A DNA stretch of 64,000 bases from Isurus oxyrinchus (lineage: Eukaryota), in NCBI GenBank assembly GCA_026770705.1, contig JANJGN010000002.1, positions 186,620,001 to 186,684,000 on the forward strand, read 5' to 3'. The notes beneath the pieces were generated by a model that did not search any database, was not told the DNA's origin, and saw nothing but the letters and a program-made list of their open reading frames with translations. This document shows, piece by piece, positions 1-12,037 of this stretch. A program made the translations under genes and the position numbers. Each line of letters opens with the position of its first letter. Positions within the stretch are counted from its first letter, which is position 1.

Positions 1-39
1 TGATTTTCTTTCGAGTACAAACCCATTTCCATCTGTTTC

Positions 40-138
40 AGATGAAGTTACATTGTTTCATAGTTTGCCATTGTGAGATTTGAACTCTGGATCTTGGGGT
101 TACAAACCCAGTACCATAACCACTTGGCTATTTAGGCC
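40..138 (-). mobile_element. tRNA-derived SINE head (tRNA-Thr-like)
   Basis: Minus strand reads GGCCTAAA-TAGCCAAGTGG (A box)...TTGTAA loop...GTTCAAATC (B box); acceptor stem is poorly paired. Confidence 0.6.
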
Positions 139-927
139 AAGCCTTGAAGGTTGTAAGATGCCTAATCAGATGATGAGGTGCTTTCCCCGTTTGTGTTGGG
201 CTTCATTAGAACATTCATATCACCTGCTCAGTAAAGAATTCTCACTTCGATGAATTTCAGGGTCGGCACGATGCTGAACTCTTCTGTCACTTTCATCTCT
301 GTGCTCACTTATTTGGGCAGGAGTCCTCCTACTGTTCAATGGATCCTTTCACCTGCCTCCCGTATTCTCCCTCTATCTGGACCCCTCCCTCTGGTCTCTT
401 ACCTGCTCTTGATTTTTTCATTGAGAACTGTCTGCATGACATCAGCCATCTTAATTTCTCTGCACCTCTCACCCACACTAACATGTTTCCTTCTGAACTT
501 GCTGCACTCTGTTGTCTCAAGTCCAACCCTGACTTTGTTATCAAACCTGCTGACAAGGGTGGTGCTGTTGTTGTCTAGCGTACTGACCTTTACCTTACAG
601 AGGCTGAGCGCCAACTCTCAGACACTTCTTCCTACGTCCCCCTGGACCATGATCCCACCATGGAAAATTAAGCCATTATTTCCAGGACAGTCACTGACCT
701 CATCTCCTCTGGAGATCCTCCCTCCACAGCTTCCATCCTCAGTCTCCCAATCCCACACAGCCCACTTCTACCTCCTTCCCAACATCCATAAACAGGACTG
801 TCCCAGTAGACCCATCATGTCAGCCTGTTCCTGCCCACAGAACTCATCTCTTCCTATCTTGACTCCATTCTCTCTCCCCTTGTCCAGTCTCTTTCCACCT
901 ACATTCGCTATTCCTCTGGTGCCCTTC

Positions 928-1994
928 TGTAATGGTACAGAAGGTGGTATTTGCCAGGGTGACCAAATCCACAAGGAAAACATGGCCACGCTATCACAAC
1001 AGTTTTGCAATTTGTATTTATTACGAGAAAGTTTGTGCACTGAATTCAGAAGTAATGAGTCCACCAACACTTTAAAGATTTTAAATATTAAATTAAAAAA
1101 TCTATTCACAAAAGAATACAACACGGACACAAGATTACAATTACACAGTTACTTAATATGATAACAATTCCCAAAATTCCTAGTTAACCAGACTCCTGAC
1201 TACACAACCCATTTAAGGCAAGAGTCCAAAATAGATTTTAAATTTATATAGTCAATCCAGCAAGGTTACCACAAGCACCCACTCGACAGTGGAATTCCAA
1301 AGGCTTTTAACATAACTTTAATTAGTGGAACAGCAGACTTCTGCAAAGTGGCTAGAAGATTTTCCCCAAGTCTGTTTCACACGGTGCATCTTTCAGGTCT
1401 CACACAGCCACACCACACCCATCCTTCCATCCTTCTTGAAATATATTTCTTCCTCTTTAATGTGTATGGGGTTTACAGATTGGCAGGGGCATGGGAACCT
1501 GAGGGGAAATTCAGAGTGCTGAGGAGAAAAACTAGCAGTGGGAAGTAGTGAATTATCAATTGATAATGAAGGTATATCAGGCAGTAGTATCAACGTAAAT
1601 AGAATACTTGGAGAGTTTGATAGAATTAGAGTAGGCAATTGTAAATCATTAGATGGGGTCAGAATAAAGGGGAAAAGTCCATGTAACAACCTACCTTATT
1701 TATCTTGTTGGTTGTAAACATCCTACCATGTCTCTTTGAAAACCAAACACCTCTCCACTTATATTAAAATGCACATATCAGTTACATCCTATCTGCTGAG
1801 GCTTTACTCTAGTTTACTCATTAGCATTTCATGTGCCCTGTTACACCTAACCATTTTGATAAGAATACAAGGTTGAAATGATCTGTCTCTAATTTAATTA
1901 AATCAGCCACAGACAGAACCATCCACACACACACACATAAGCCTACTTTGCAATATCCCCCAATAATATAATGAAAAATTGTAGTTTTGTGACA
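928..1994 (-). mobile_element. Solo LTR inserted in the Penelope RT
   Basis: TGT...ACA termini; 5-bp TSD ccttc/cctac (923-927, 1995-1999); the Penelope frame resumes after it; homologous to 33129-34001. Confidence 0.8.
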
Positions 1995-3729
1995 CCTACA
2001 TCTTATCAACAATTTCCGGTTCCCTGACCATAACCGCTTCCTCTTTGCCATGGATGTCCAATCCCTCTACATCTCCAACCCCACCAGGATGGTCCAAGGG
2101 CTCTCCACTTCTCCCTTGAACAGAGGCCTGAAAAATCTTCATCCACCACCACTCTCTTTATCTGGCTGAACATGTTCTCTCATTGCACAATTTCTCCTTT
2201 GTCTCACTTCCTCCAAATAAAGTGTGACTATGGGTACCTGCATAAGCCCCAGTTTTGCCTGTCTTTTTGTGGGGTGCACGGAGCATTCTTTCTTCCAGTC
2301 CTCCTCAAGACCCCTCCCACAACTCTTTTCTCGGTTCATCGATGACTGCATTGGTGCCACTTCATGCTCACATCTGGCCTGGAAAAATTTATCAATTTTG
2401 GTTCCAATTTCCACCCTTCTCTCACCTTCACATGGTCCACCTACTACACTTCCCTTCCTTTCCTTAACCTCCCTGTCTCGATTTCTGCTGAAAGGCTGTC
2501 TACCAATATTCACTACTGGTCCACCGACTCTCACAGCTACCTCGGCTATAGCTCCTCACACCCTGCTTCCTGTAAGGGCTCCATCTCATGTTTTCAGTCC
2601 CTTCATCTCCGTTGCATTTGTTCCGATGATGCCACCTTCCAAAACAGCACTTCTGACGTCTTCCTTTTTCCTTAGTTGAGTGCTCCGCCCACTGTGGTTG
2701 ACAGGGCTCTCAACAGTGTCTGACATATTTCCCGCACCTCTGCCCTCATCCTTCCGCTTCCTCTCAGAACCATGAAAGGGTCCCCCTTGCCCTCACTTCA
2801 CCTCACCAGCCTCAGCATTCAAATAATCATCATCCATTTCTCCAGCATGATGACACCACCAAACACATATTCCCCTCACCCATGTCAACATTCAATAGGG
2901 ACCTTTCCCTCCGTGACACCCTGATCCATTCCTCCATCACCCGTCTCCTCACCTCCTTCCCACGGCACCTTCCATTACAATCACAGAAGGTGCAACACTT
3001 CTCCCTTTACCTTCTCTCTCCTCACTGTCCAAGACCCCAAAAAGACTCTTTTCAGGTGAAGCAGCACCTCCTTCAATTTGGTCCACTGAATTCACTACTC
3101 CCAATGTGATCTCCTCTACATTGGGCAGACAAAACCGCGGACTGGGTGACCGCTTTGCAGAACACCTTCGCTCAGTCTGCACATATGACTGAGACCTTCC
3201 TGTTGCTTTCCATTTCAACACACCATCCTGCCCACATGTCCGTCCTTGGCCTGCTGCAAGATTCCAGTGAAGCCCAATGCAAACTGGATGAACAGCACAT
3301 CTTCCGATTAGGCATTTTACAGCCTTCCGGACTTAACACTGAGCTCAACAACTTCAAACTATGAGCTCTCTCCTTGACCCCATTTTAAATCCAATTTGAA
3401 TTTCTTGGCCCATAACACCCAAGTACCCCAAAGATGCACTCGGGAATCCCTCTGGAATGTTCCCAGGTAAGGGTTTGCACAGCAATTGCCCAGGAAGTGC
3501 ACACTGGGAACCATCTGAAAATGCGATTTAAATCACTAACTTCGGATCGTTCTGCCGAGGTTATGCCAATACTCAGAAAAAGTTAGAAGAACTAAAACCT
3601 CTTCTAACTTTTGAATAACTATTGTAAAGACCCAGACCAACACCATGGGACTCCCCCACACATCCAACACCACTGCCCTCTCCCCAGCATCCCCCCCCAC
3701 CCCCGACAGTCCCCAGCCACCCTCCAACC

Positions 3730-3905
3730 GAACTCATTCCCAGCAACCTGCACCTCCGACCGTCTCCCCAGCAACCCCAGACCTCTGACCGACCCTCTCC
3801 CCAGCAACCCGGACCTCTGACTGACCCCCTCCGCAGCAACCCCAGACCTCCAACCGACTCCCTCCCCAGCAACCCGGACCTCTGACTGACCCCCTACCCA
3901 GCAGC
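3730..3905 (+). repeat. C-rich minisatellite, unit ~31 bp (CCCCAGCAACCCGGACCTCTGACTGAC..), about 5-6 imperfect copies, within a probable non-autonomous DNA element (~3395-4162)
   Basis: Tandem units visible directly; they generate the repetitive G/W-rich ORFs at 3536-4164. Confidence 0.8.
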
Positions 3906-4424
3906 CCAAAATCTCCAATTGACCCACAAACCCACCAGGACACCCCAACACCACAAAGCCTATGCACTTACCTTCTCCCTGTCCTATCAATTTCTCTAGC
4001 CCTTTAAACTTAGCTGCTTGACAGCAGCAAGTGCCGTAAAAAAGGGGGCACGGCCTCCTTGAATCCACTGGAGTAAGACTTCGCTGGGGCCTGCGAGGAG
4101 CCTTTCGACGCAAGCCCCAAGCAGCTCCAACAAATGGAAGTGGCAACATAATTTGCAAGCCCATGTAAATAGGTATTTATTTTTTGTAATTTATGTGGGG
4201 TCGCACTTTCCGATGCTAGTCAGAGGTTAGGGTCCATTGTTTTTCTTTTATTTATTTGTACATTTTTTAAAATCCTTTTGCCCCAAGCTCCCCCTCCTCC
4301 CACAGGGCCACTTGTCATTTGTTTCTATGTTGTGCTTTCACAGAGTGCTAACCCTTGATCTGCTATTAACACCTTCTATCTTACCTTTACGCCACTATCA
4401 GCATCTTCTTTACTTTTTTTTCTT

Positions 4425-5280
4425 TGACAGGATGTGGGCATGCTGGTTAAGCCAGCATTTATTGCCCATATTTAATTGCCCTTGAGAAAGGGATGGTGAG
4501 CTGTCTTCTTGAGCCGCTGCAGTCTCTGTGGTGTAGGTACACCCACAGTGCTGTTAGAGAGTTCCAGGATTTTGACCCAGTGGCAGTGAAGGAACGGCGA
4601 TATATTTCGAAGTCAGGATGGTGAGTGGCTTAGAGTGGAACTTCCAGGCAGTACTGTTCCCATGTATCTGCTGCCCTTGTCCTTCTACTTGGGTTTAGAA
4701 GGTGCTGTCTAAGGAGCCTTTGTAGGTTTCTGCATTGCATCTTGTAGATGGTACACACTGCTGCTGCTCTTTGTTGACAGTAGAGGGGGGGTGGGGTATG
4801 TTTAGGGTATTGGTGCCAACCAAGTGGGCTGCTTTGTCCTGGATGGTGTCAAGTTTCCTGAGTGGTGTGGGAGTTGCACTCATCCAGGCAAGTGGGGAGT
4901 ATTCCATCACACTCCTGACTTGTCCCTTGTAAATGGTTGACAGGTCACAGGATTCCTAGTCCCTGACTTGCTCTTGTAGCCACTATATTTAAATGGCTAG
5001 TCCAGTTCAGATTCTGGTCAATATGCTCCAGTATCTGAGGAGTCACAAATGGTTTTGAATATAGTGCAATTGTCTGCAAACATCCCTACTTCTGACCTTA
5101 TGATGGAGGGAATGTCATTGATGAAGCAGCTGAAGATGTTGGGCCGAGGACACCACCCTGAGGAGCTCCTGCAGCGATATCCCAGGACTGAGATGATTGG
5201 CCTCCAAAACCACAGCCAGCTTCCTTTGTACAAGGTATGACTCCAGCCAGTGGAGAGATTTTCCCCATTTCCCATTGGCT
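4425..5280 (-). mobile_element. CR1-type LINE 3' fragment
   Basis: RT remnants (FSCFINDIPSIIRSEVGMFAD; EYSPLAWMSA) and the family 3' tail. Confidence 0.85.
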
Positions 5281-5282
5281 TC

Positions 5283-5525
5283 GGATAAAATCAAAACCTG
5301 AAATAGAAAGAGAAATTGCTGGAAAAACTCATCTGGTCTGGTAGCATCTGTGGAGAGAGAAACAGTTAACGCTTCAAGTCCATGTGGGTCCTCAGAGCTA
5401 AAAGTAGAAATGTGGTGGATTTTGTACTGTTTAAGAGGGGGCGGAGCAAGATAAAAGGTCAGGGGTAGGTGATAGCTAAGGAGAGATTGACGATATCATG
5501 GACACAAGATAAAGGGAGTGCTAAT
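5283..5525 (-). mobile_element. Penelope pLTR fragment
   Basis: Similar to 10164-10400 and 14093-14450 (gctggaaaaactc...cagcatctgtggagaga...gttaacg). Confidence 0.7.
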
Positions 5526-8500
5526 GGTGGTGGTATTGTCACTGGACTGGTAATCCAGAGACCCAGGGTAATGATTGAGTTTTTTGAGGAGGTGACCAGG
5601 TGTGTAGATGAGGGTAGTGCAGTTGATGTAGTTTATATGGATTTCAGCAAAGCCTTTGACAAGGTCCCACATGGGAGACTTATAAAGAAGGCAAATGCAC
5701 ATGGGATACAGGGTAATTTGATAAGGTGGATTCAAAAATGGCTTAGTTGTAGGATACAGAGGGTGATGACAGAAGGATGCTTTAGTGACTGGAAGCCAGT
5801 GTCCACTGGCGTACCACAGAGATCTGTGCTCGGTCCCCTATTATTTGTCATTTATATAAACGATATTGATGACTATGTGGGGGGTAGGATTAGTAATTTT
5901 GCGGATGACACAAAGATTGGCTGGGTGGTTAACAGTGAGGTTTTGTGTCTTGGGCTACAGGAAGGTATAGATTGGATGGTCAAATAGGCAGATGGAATTT
6001 AACCCTGAAAAGTGAGAGCCGATACACTTTGGAAAGAGTAATTTGACAAGGATGTATTCAATGAGCAGCATGACACTAGGAAGTTCTAAGGAACAAAGGG
6101 ACCTTGGCGTGTGTGTCCAAAGATCTCTGAAGGCAGAGAGGCATGTTAGTAGGGTGGTGAAAAAGGCATATGGGACACTTGCCTTTATCAATTGAGGCAC
6201 AGATTACAAAAGTAGGAAGGTCATGTTGGAGTTGTATTGAACCTTTGTGAGGCTACAGCTGGAGTACTGTGTGCAGTTCTAGTCACCACAGTATAGGAAG
6301 GATGTGATTGCACTAGAGAGGGTGCAGAGCAGATTCACCAGGATGTTGCCTGGGATGAAACATTTAAGTTATGAAGAAAGGTTGAATAGACTTGGGTTGT
6401 TTTCATTGGAGTAGAGAAGACTGAGGGGCGACCTGATCGAGGTGTACAAGATTAAGAGGGGCATCGACAGGGTGGATAGGGAGCAGTCACAAGGGGGCAT
6501 AAGTTCAAGGTGAGGGGCAGGAGGCTTAGGGGGGATGCGAGGAAAAACTTTTTTACTCAGAGGGTGGTGACAGTCTGGAATGTGCTGCCTGGGAGGGTTG
6601 CCTCACACCCTTTAAAAAGTGCCTGGATGAGCACTTAGCACATCGCAACATTCAAGGCTATGGGCCAAGTGCTGGTAAATGGGATTAGATAGGTAGGTTA
6701 GGTGTTTCTCACGTGTCGGTGCAGACTCGATGGGTCAAAGGGCCTCTTCTGCACTGTGATTCTGAGGACCCAGGTTCCCATTATGGCAGATGGATTGAAT
6801 TCAATAAAAGTCTGGAATTAAAAGTCTAAAGATGACCAAGGGACCATTGTCGATTGTCATAAAAACCAATCTGGTTCACCAATGTCCTTTAGGGAGGTAA
6901 ATCTGCCAACCTTACCTGGTTTGGCCTACATGTGACTCCAGACCCACAGCAAGGTGGTTGACTCATAAATGCCCTCTGAAATGGCCTAGTAAACCACCTG
7001 GTTGCACGCAGCTGCTAAAAAGTCAATTCAAAGGTATGAAACCGACTGACCACCAGGCATTGACCGAGGCACCAGAAACGCCAATGGTAAACTCAGCCCC
7101 TTCAACCCTGCAAAGTCCTCCTTACTAACATCTGGGGGCTTGTACCAAAATTGGGAGAGCTGCCTCACAGATTAGTCAAGCAACAGCCTGACAGTCGTAC
7201 TCTCAGAATCATTCCTTGCAAATCACGTCCCAGGCACCGTAATCACCGTTCCTGGGTATGTGTTGTCCCACCGGTAGGGCAGACCAGCAGAGGTGGCAAC
7301 ACAGTGACATACAGTTGAGAGGTAGCTGCCCTGGGAGTCCTCAACATCAACTCCAGCCCCCATGAAGTCTCATGGCATCAGGTCAAACATGGGCAAGGAA
7401 ACCTCCTGCTGATTATCACGTATCACCCCTCCCTCAGCTGATGAATCATGAGTCAGTGCTCCTCCATGTTGAACACCACTTGGAGGAAACACTGAGGGTG
7501 GCAAGGACGCAGAATGTACACTGGGTGGAGGACTTCAATGTCTATCACCAAGAGTGGCTCAGTAGCACCACTACAGACCTAACTGGCCAAGTCCTATAGG
7601 CCATAGCTGCTAGACTGGGTTGGCGGCAGGTGGTGAGGTAACCATTGGGGGAAAAACATATTTGGCCTCATCCTCACCAACTTGCCTGCCACAGATGCAT
7701 CTGTCTATGACAGCATCAGTAGGGGTGACCACTGCACAGTCTCGCCTTCACACTGAGGATAGCATCCATCGTGCTAAATGGGATAGATTTCAAACAGTCT
7801 ACTCTTGATCATCTGTAAAGTGATGGAATGGGTAATCAACAGCGCTATCAAATGGCACTTTGTTTGCAATAATATGCTCACTGATGCTCAGTTTGGGTTC
7901 TACCAGGGTCACTCAGCTCCTGACCTCATTACAGCCTTGGTTCAAATATGGACAAAACAGCTGAACCCCAGAGGTGAGAGGGACAGCCCTTGACATCAAG
8001 GCCGCATTTGACTGAGTGTGGCATCAAGGAGCCCTGGCAAAATTGGAGCCAATGCGAATCAGAGGGGGAAAGCTCTCCGTTGGTTGGAATAATATGTAGC
8101 ACAAAGGAAGATGGCTGTGGTTGTTCGAGATCAATCATCTCAGTCCCAGGACATCACTACAGGAGTTCCTCAGGGTAGTGTCCTCGGCTCAACTATCTTC
8201 AGCTGCTTCATCAATGACATTCCTTCCATCATAAGGTCAGAAGTGGGGATGTTCACTAATGATTGCACATTTGCGACTCCTCAGGTACTGAAGCAGTCGA
8301 TATCCAAATACAGCAAGACCTGGACAACATTCAGGTTAGAGCTAAGTGGTAGATAACATTTGCACCACACAAGTGCTAGGCAATGACCATCTCCAACAAG
8401 AGAGAGTCCACCCATTGTCCTTTGACATTCAATGGCATTACCATCAAAGAATTCTCCCACCATAAACATCCTGAGGGTTACCATTAACAAGAAACCATAT

Positions 8501-9112
8501 ACTGTGGCTACAAGGGCAGGTCTGAGGCTAGGAATTCTGCAATGAGTAACTCACCTCCAGACTCCCCAAAGCCTGTCCACCATTTACAAGGCACAAGTCA
8601 GGTGTGATGGAATACTCTCCACTTGCCTGGATGAGTGCAGCTCCAAAACACTAAAGAAGCTTAACAACATCCAGGACAAAGCAACCCGCTTAATCGGCAC
8701 GGTATCCACCATCTTAAACATTCACTCCCTCTACCACTGACACAGTGGCAGCAGTGTGTACCATCTACAAGCTGTTCTTCAGCAACTCACCGGAGGTTCC
8801 AACAACAATCCCTTCGAAACCCACAACCTCTATCACCTAGAAATAGAATGGCAGATGATGCATGGGAGCACCACCTGCAAGCTCCTCTCCAAACCACTCA
8901 CCATCCTGACTTGGAAATATATCGCCATTGCTTCATTACCGATGGGTCAAAATCCTGGAACTCCCTTCCTAACAGCACTGTGAGTGTAACTACACCACAT
9001 GACTGCAGCGGTTCAAAGTGGTGGCTCACCACAACCCTCTCATGGGCAATTAGGGATGGGCAATAAATTCTGGTTTAGTCAGCCATGCCCACATCCTGTG
9101 AATGAATAAAAG
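5526..9112 (+). mobile_element. CR1-clade LINE with tRNA-like 5' head, APE and RT remnants, internal deletions and 3' tail (split by 5577-6756)
   Basis: Head matches the SINE at 46381; APE remnants NIWGLVPKLGEL and WVEDFNVYHQEWL; RT GVPQGSVLG; tail ...gggcaattagggatgggcaataaa...tgaatgaataaaa. Confidence 0.8.
5577..6756 (+). mobile_element. CR1 LINE (second family) RT 3' portion, inserted in the tRNA-like head of another LINE
   Basis: ORF 5469..5987 has DFSKAFDKVPH, GVPQRSVLGPLLF and FADDTK; TGATT is repeated at both junctions (5572-5576, 6757-6761). Confidence 0.88.
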
Positions 9113-9179
9113 TTAAGCCCCCTCTCCGTATAATAAATTGTAGTTACAAAGGAGACAACAAAAATCAGATTGTAAACTA

Positions 9180-9185
9180 TTTATT
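9180..9185 (-). terminator. Candidate PDCD10 polyadenylation signal AATAAA (a proximal one is at 9416-9421)
   Basis: tttatt on the + strand about 350 nt past the stop codon, in an AT-rich 3' UTR that ends at a LINE boundary (~9110). Confidence 0.55.
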
Positions 9186-9535
9186 TGCCACTAACCATGT
9201 TAAATACATAACTTATTTTTTTTGCCGGCAAGTTAACTTCAGAACAGAATACCAATATTTACACAAAGGAATGTTACATTACGATATGTTAAGGCGCAAA
9301 TTCTTTTGGCTTTGTTTTAGATATAATAGTAATAGCAAAAGTTATGTAGTATTTCTTAATGAGAAATCATGATTAGCTAATGTTTTACAAAAATATGATG
9401 CAAGTTGACAATTATTTTATTCAACATCTTCAAGTCCTGAAATGGATGTGTTAATTTATACAGTTGTAACTATTTAAATTTACATAAAGTCAACCTTTTA
9501 AGATTGAAAATTAAAAAGCTTCACAAACGGAGGTT

Positions 9536-9640
<105 letters not shown>

Positions 9641-10163
9641 TCAATCTAGGTTTTCAATTTAGGTTATATGTAACTTAAGTACAAGATATAAGATTCCAAA
9701 ATATTTATTGATTCCACTCCAATTGCTAAAAGTAAATCCAAATGTACTGTGAAAGCAGGAGCTGTCTTTTTAAAAGAAAATTTAAACAAAATTGTAAGTG
9801 GAACACTCCACAATTAGAAACATGAGCATGTATAATGTGGTGAGCCATTTCCAAGCTCATAGTCACATAGATAACATCACCATTAAAAAGGATATTGTTT
9901 ACACAAAAACTAATCTTTTTGTAAAGCACAAATGTCACTCGTTTTAAAGACAGCCAAACCCCCTCGATCCTTCCCTCTCTCACAATGAGAACAAAAGGCT
10001 ATTTCTTCTATCATTTTACTCAATTGTACCATCAACTATTATTCAAACTTTTATTGAAATTTAATACTATTGTGGCAACTACAAGCTCTAAATTTAAGTT
10101 ATGCTGGTACTATAAACTTTGTTTGCAGGATAATTCAAGCAAAAGCAACAAAAAAGTTTCATG

Positions 10164-11289
10164 CAAACACTCAGCAGGTCTGACAGCATCTGCGGAGAGG
10201 AACACAATTAACGTTTCGAGTCCGTATTGACTCTTCAACAGAACTAAGGAAAAATAGAAAAGAGGTGAAATATAAGCTGGTTTAGGAGGTGGTGGGATGA
10301 GTAGAGTTGGATAGAGGGCCAGTGATAGGTGGAGATAGCCAAAAGATGTCATAGACTAAGGGATAAAGAGGTGTTGAAGGTGGTATTATCTAAGGAATGT
10401 GCTAATAGGTGACATTAAGGGTAGAAAGCAGGATGAGCAAGGTACAGATTGCCCTAGTGGGGATGGGTTGGGGGGGAAGGGATCGAAATAGGATAAAAGG
10501 TAGAGATAAAACAATGGATGGAAATACATTTAAAAATAATGGAAATAGGTGGGAAAAGAAAAATCTATTTAAATTATTGGAAAAAAGGGGGATCGGAAAG
10601 TGGGTGGGGATGGAGGAGAGTGTTCATGATCCAAAATTGTTGAACTCAATATTCAATTCGGAAGGCTGTAAAGTGCCTAGTCAGAAGATGAGGAGGAACA
10701 GCATCTCATTTTCCGATTAGGCACTTTACAGCCTTCCGGACTGAATATTGAGTTCAACAAATTTAGATCATGAACTCTCTCCTCCATCCTCAACCACTTT
10801 CCGATCCCCCTTTTTTCCAAATAATTTATATAGGTTTTTCTTTTCCCACCTATTTCCATTATTTTTAAATGTATTTCCATCCACTGTTTTATCTCTACCT
10901 TTTAGCCTATTTCGATCCCTTCCTCCCACCCCATCCCCACTAGGGCTATCTGAACCTTGCTCGTCCTGCTTTCTACTCTTAATGTCACCTATTAGCACAT
11001 TCCTTAGATAATATCACCGTTTTCAACACCTCTTTATCCTTTTGTCTATGACATCTTTTGGCTACCTCCACCTATCACTGGCCCTCTATCCAGCTCTACC
11101 TGTCCCACCCCCCCTTAAACCAGCTTATATTTCACCTCTCTTCTATTTTTCCTTAGTTCTGTTGAAGAGTCTTACGGACTCGAAACGTTAACTGTGTTCC
11201 TTTCTGCAGATGCTGTCAGACGTGCTGAGTTTTTCCAGGTATTTTTATTTTTGTTTTGGATTTCCAGCACCCACAGTTTTTAGCTTTTA
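10164..11289. mobile_element. Penelope 3'-end inverted duplication (palindrome) in the last PDCD10 intron
   Basis: Arms ~10164-10692 and ~10705-11232 are reverse complements; 14-bp TSD AAAAAAGTTTCA(T/C)G at 10150-10163 and 11290-11303. Confidence 0.9.
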
Positions 11290-11319
11290 AAAAAAGTTTC
11301 ACGTTACTACAATACTTAC

Positions 11320-11402
11320 TTCCCATCTTTAAAGTAGGTTTTTAAAGTATCGCTGAAACTCTTGGAGTATTTGACAAATTCTTTCTTTTGGTGTTCAAGT
11401 GC
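11320..11402 (-). CDS. PDCD10: PDCD10 coding exon 6 (ALEHQKKEFVKYSKSFSDTLKTYFKDGK)
   Basis: 83 nt; tttttag acceptor and AA|gtaagt donor; manual translation matches PDCD10. Confidence 0.97.
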
Positions 11403-11958
11403 CTAAAAACAACAGTTTAATTTAATCCAAGTTTTTATTTTACAAATGTTTAAAGAAACTACAAAGTTTACCCATCCATATACACACTGTCATTGGCTGT
11501 GAATGAATGGGGTCTTATTTCAATATTTTACACATACATATATGCTACACATGCAACATTGAGCTAATTTCATGGATATCAGGTCTGTATTACATTAAAA
11601 AAAAAGCACTTTGCCCAGTCAGTTTTTCCAAGCGTTTCAAGTTGTATTAATATTTCATGATACTTTATGTATAATTTTCGCCAGTAGAGGGGTCATAAAT
11701 TTCACATTAACAGGACTTGAAATAAACATGGTGATTAATGAAATAGCAATAATACAGCTTTATAGCTCGATGTCTCAGGAACACTTCGAACTAAGAAACT
11801 TAAAGCACTTTCCAGATGTTATTTGGTTTTCATCAGAAGAGTTCTGCACAAATTTATGAAGAACAGCCCTCATACTCTACAAATACCCAAAATATCAATT
11901 GGTGTAACTGGCAACTCTTATGCTGTTGGTTCTGTGGAATGATTTCTGTAATACTTAC

Positions 11959-12037
11959 TCTACGGTTCTGGTACTGGTATTTTTTGAAAACGTTGTTCAC
12001 AGTATCAAGAAGCTCTTTTATTGCACTGGCGATATCC
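11959..12037 (-). CDS. PDCD10: PDCD10 coding exon 5 ([26 protein letters not shown])
   Basis: 79 nt; tacag acceptor and AGA|gtaagt donor; in ORF 11854..12072. Confidence 0.97.

Larger units (their letters stand above)
145..4410 (+). mobile_element. Decayed Penelope-like retroelement (RT + GIY-YIG endonuclease), interrupted by a solo LTR (928-1994) and an insertion (~3395-4162)
   Basis: Frameshifted motifs VIKPADKGGAVVV, FYLLPNIHK..PSRPIMS, MDVQSLY, MGTCISPSFACLFVG, RFIDDC, YIGQT..DRFAEHL. Bases 145-212 are an inverted copy of ~3260-3330, as expected for an inverted pLTR. Confidence 0.88.

Noticed and set aside
65-138. Functional tRNA-Thr gene
   Set aside because: A and B boxes are present but acceptor and anticodon stems are mismatched and it sits among TE fragments; better explained as a SINE head or pseudo-tRNA. 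tRNAscan-SE would settle it.
250-1161. 303-aa ORF as a novel gene
   Set aside because: It is mostly an off-frame reading of the Penelope RT that runs into a solo LTR at 928; a chimera of TE debris.
3730-3905. Regularly spaced ~31-bp repeats as a CRISPR-like array
   Set aside because: Head-to-tail tandem units with no unique spacers, no cas genes, and a vertebrate context; a minisatellite.
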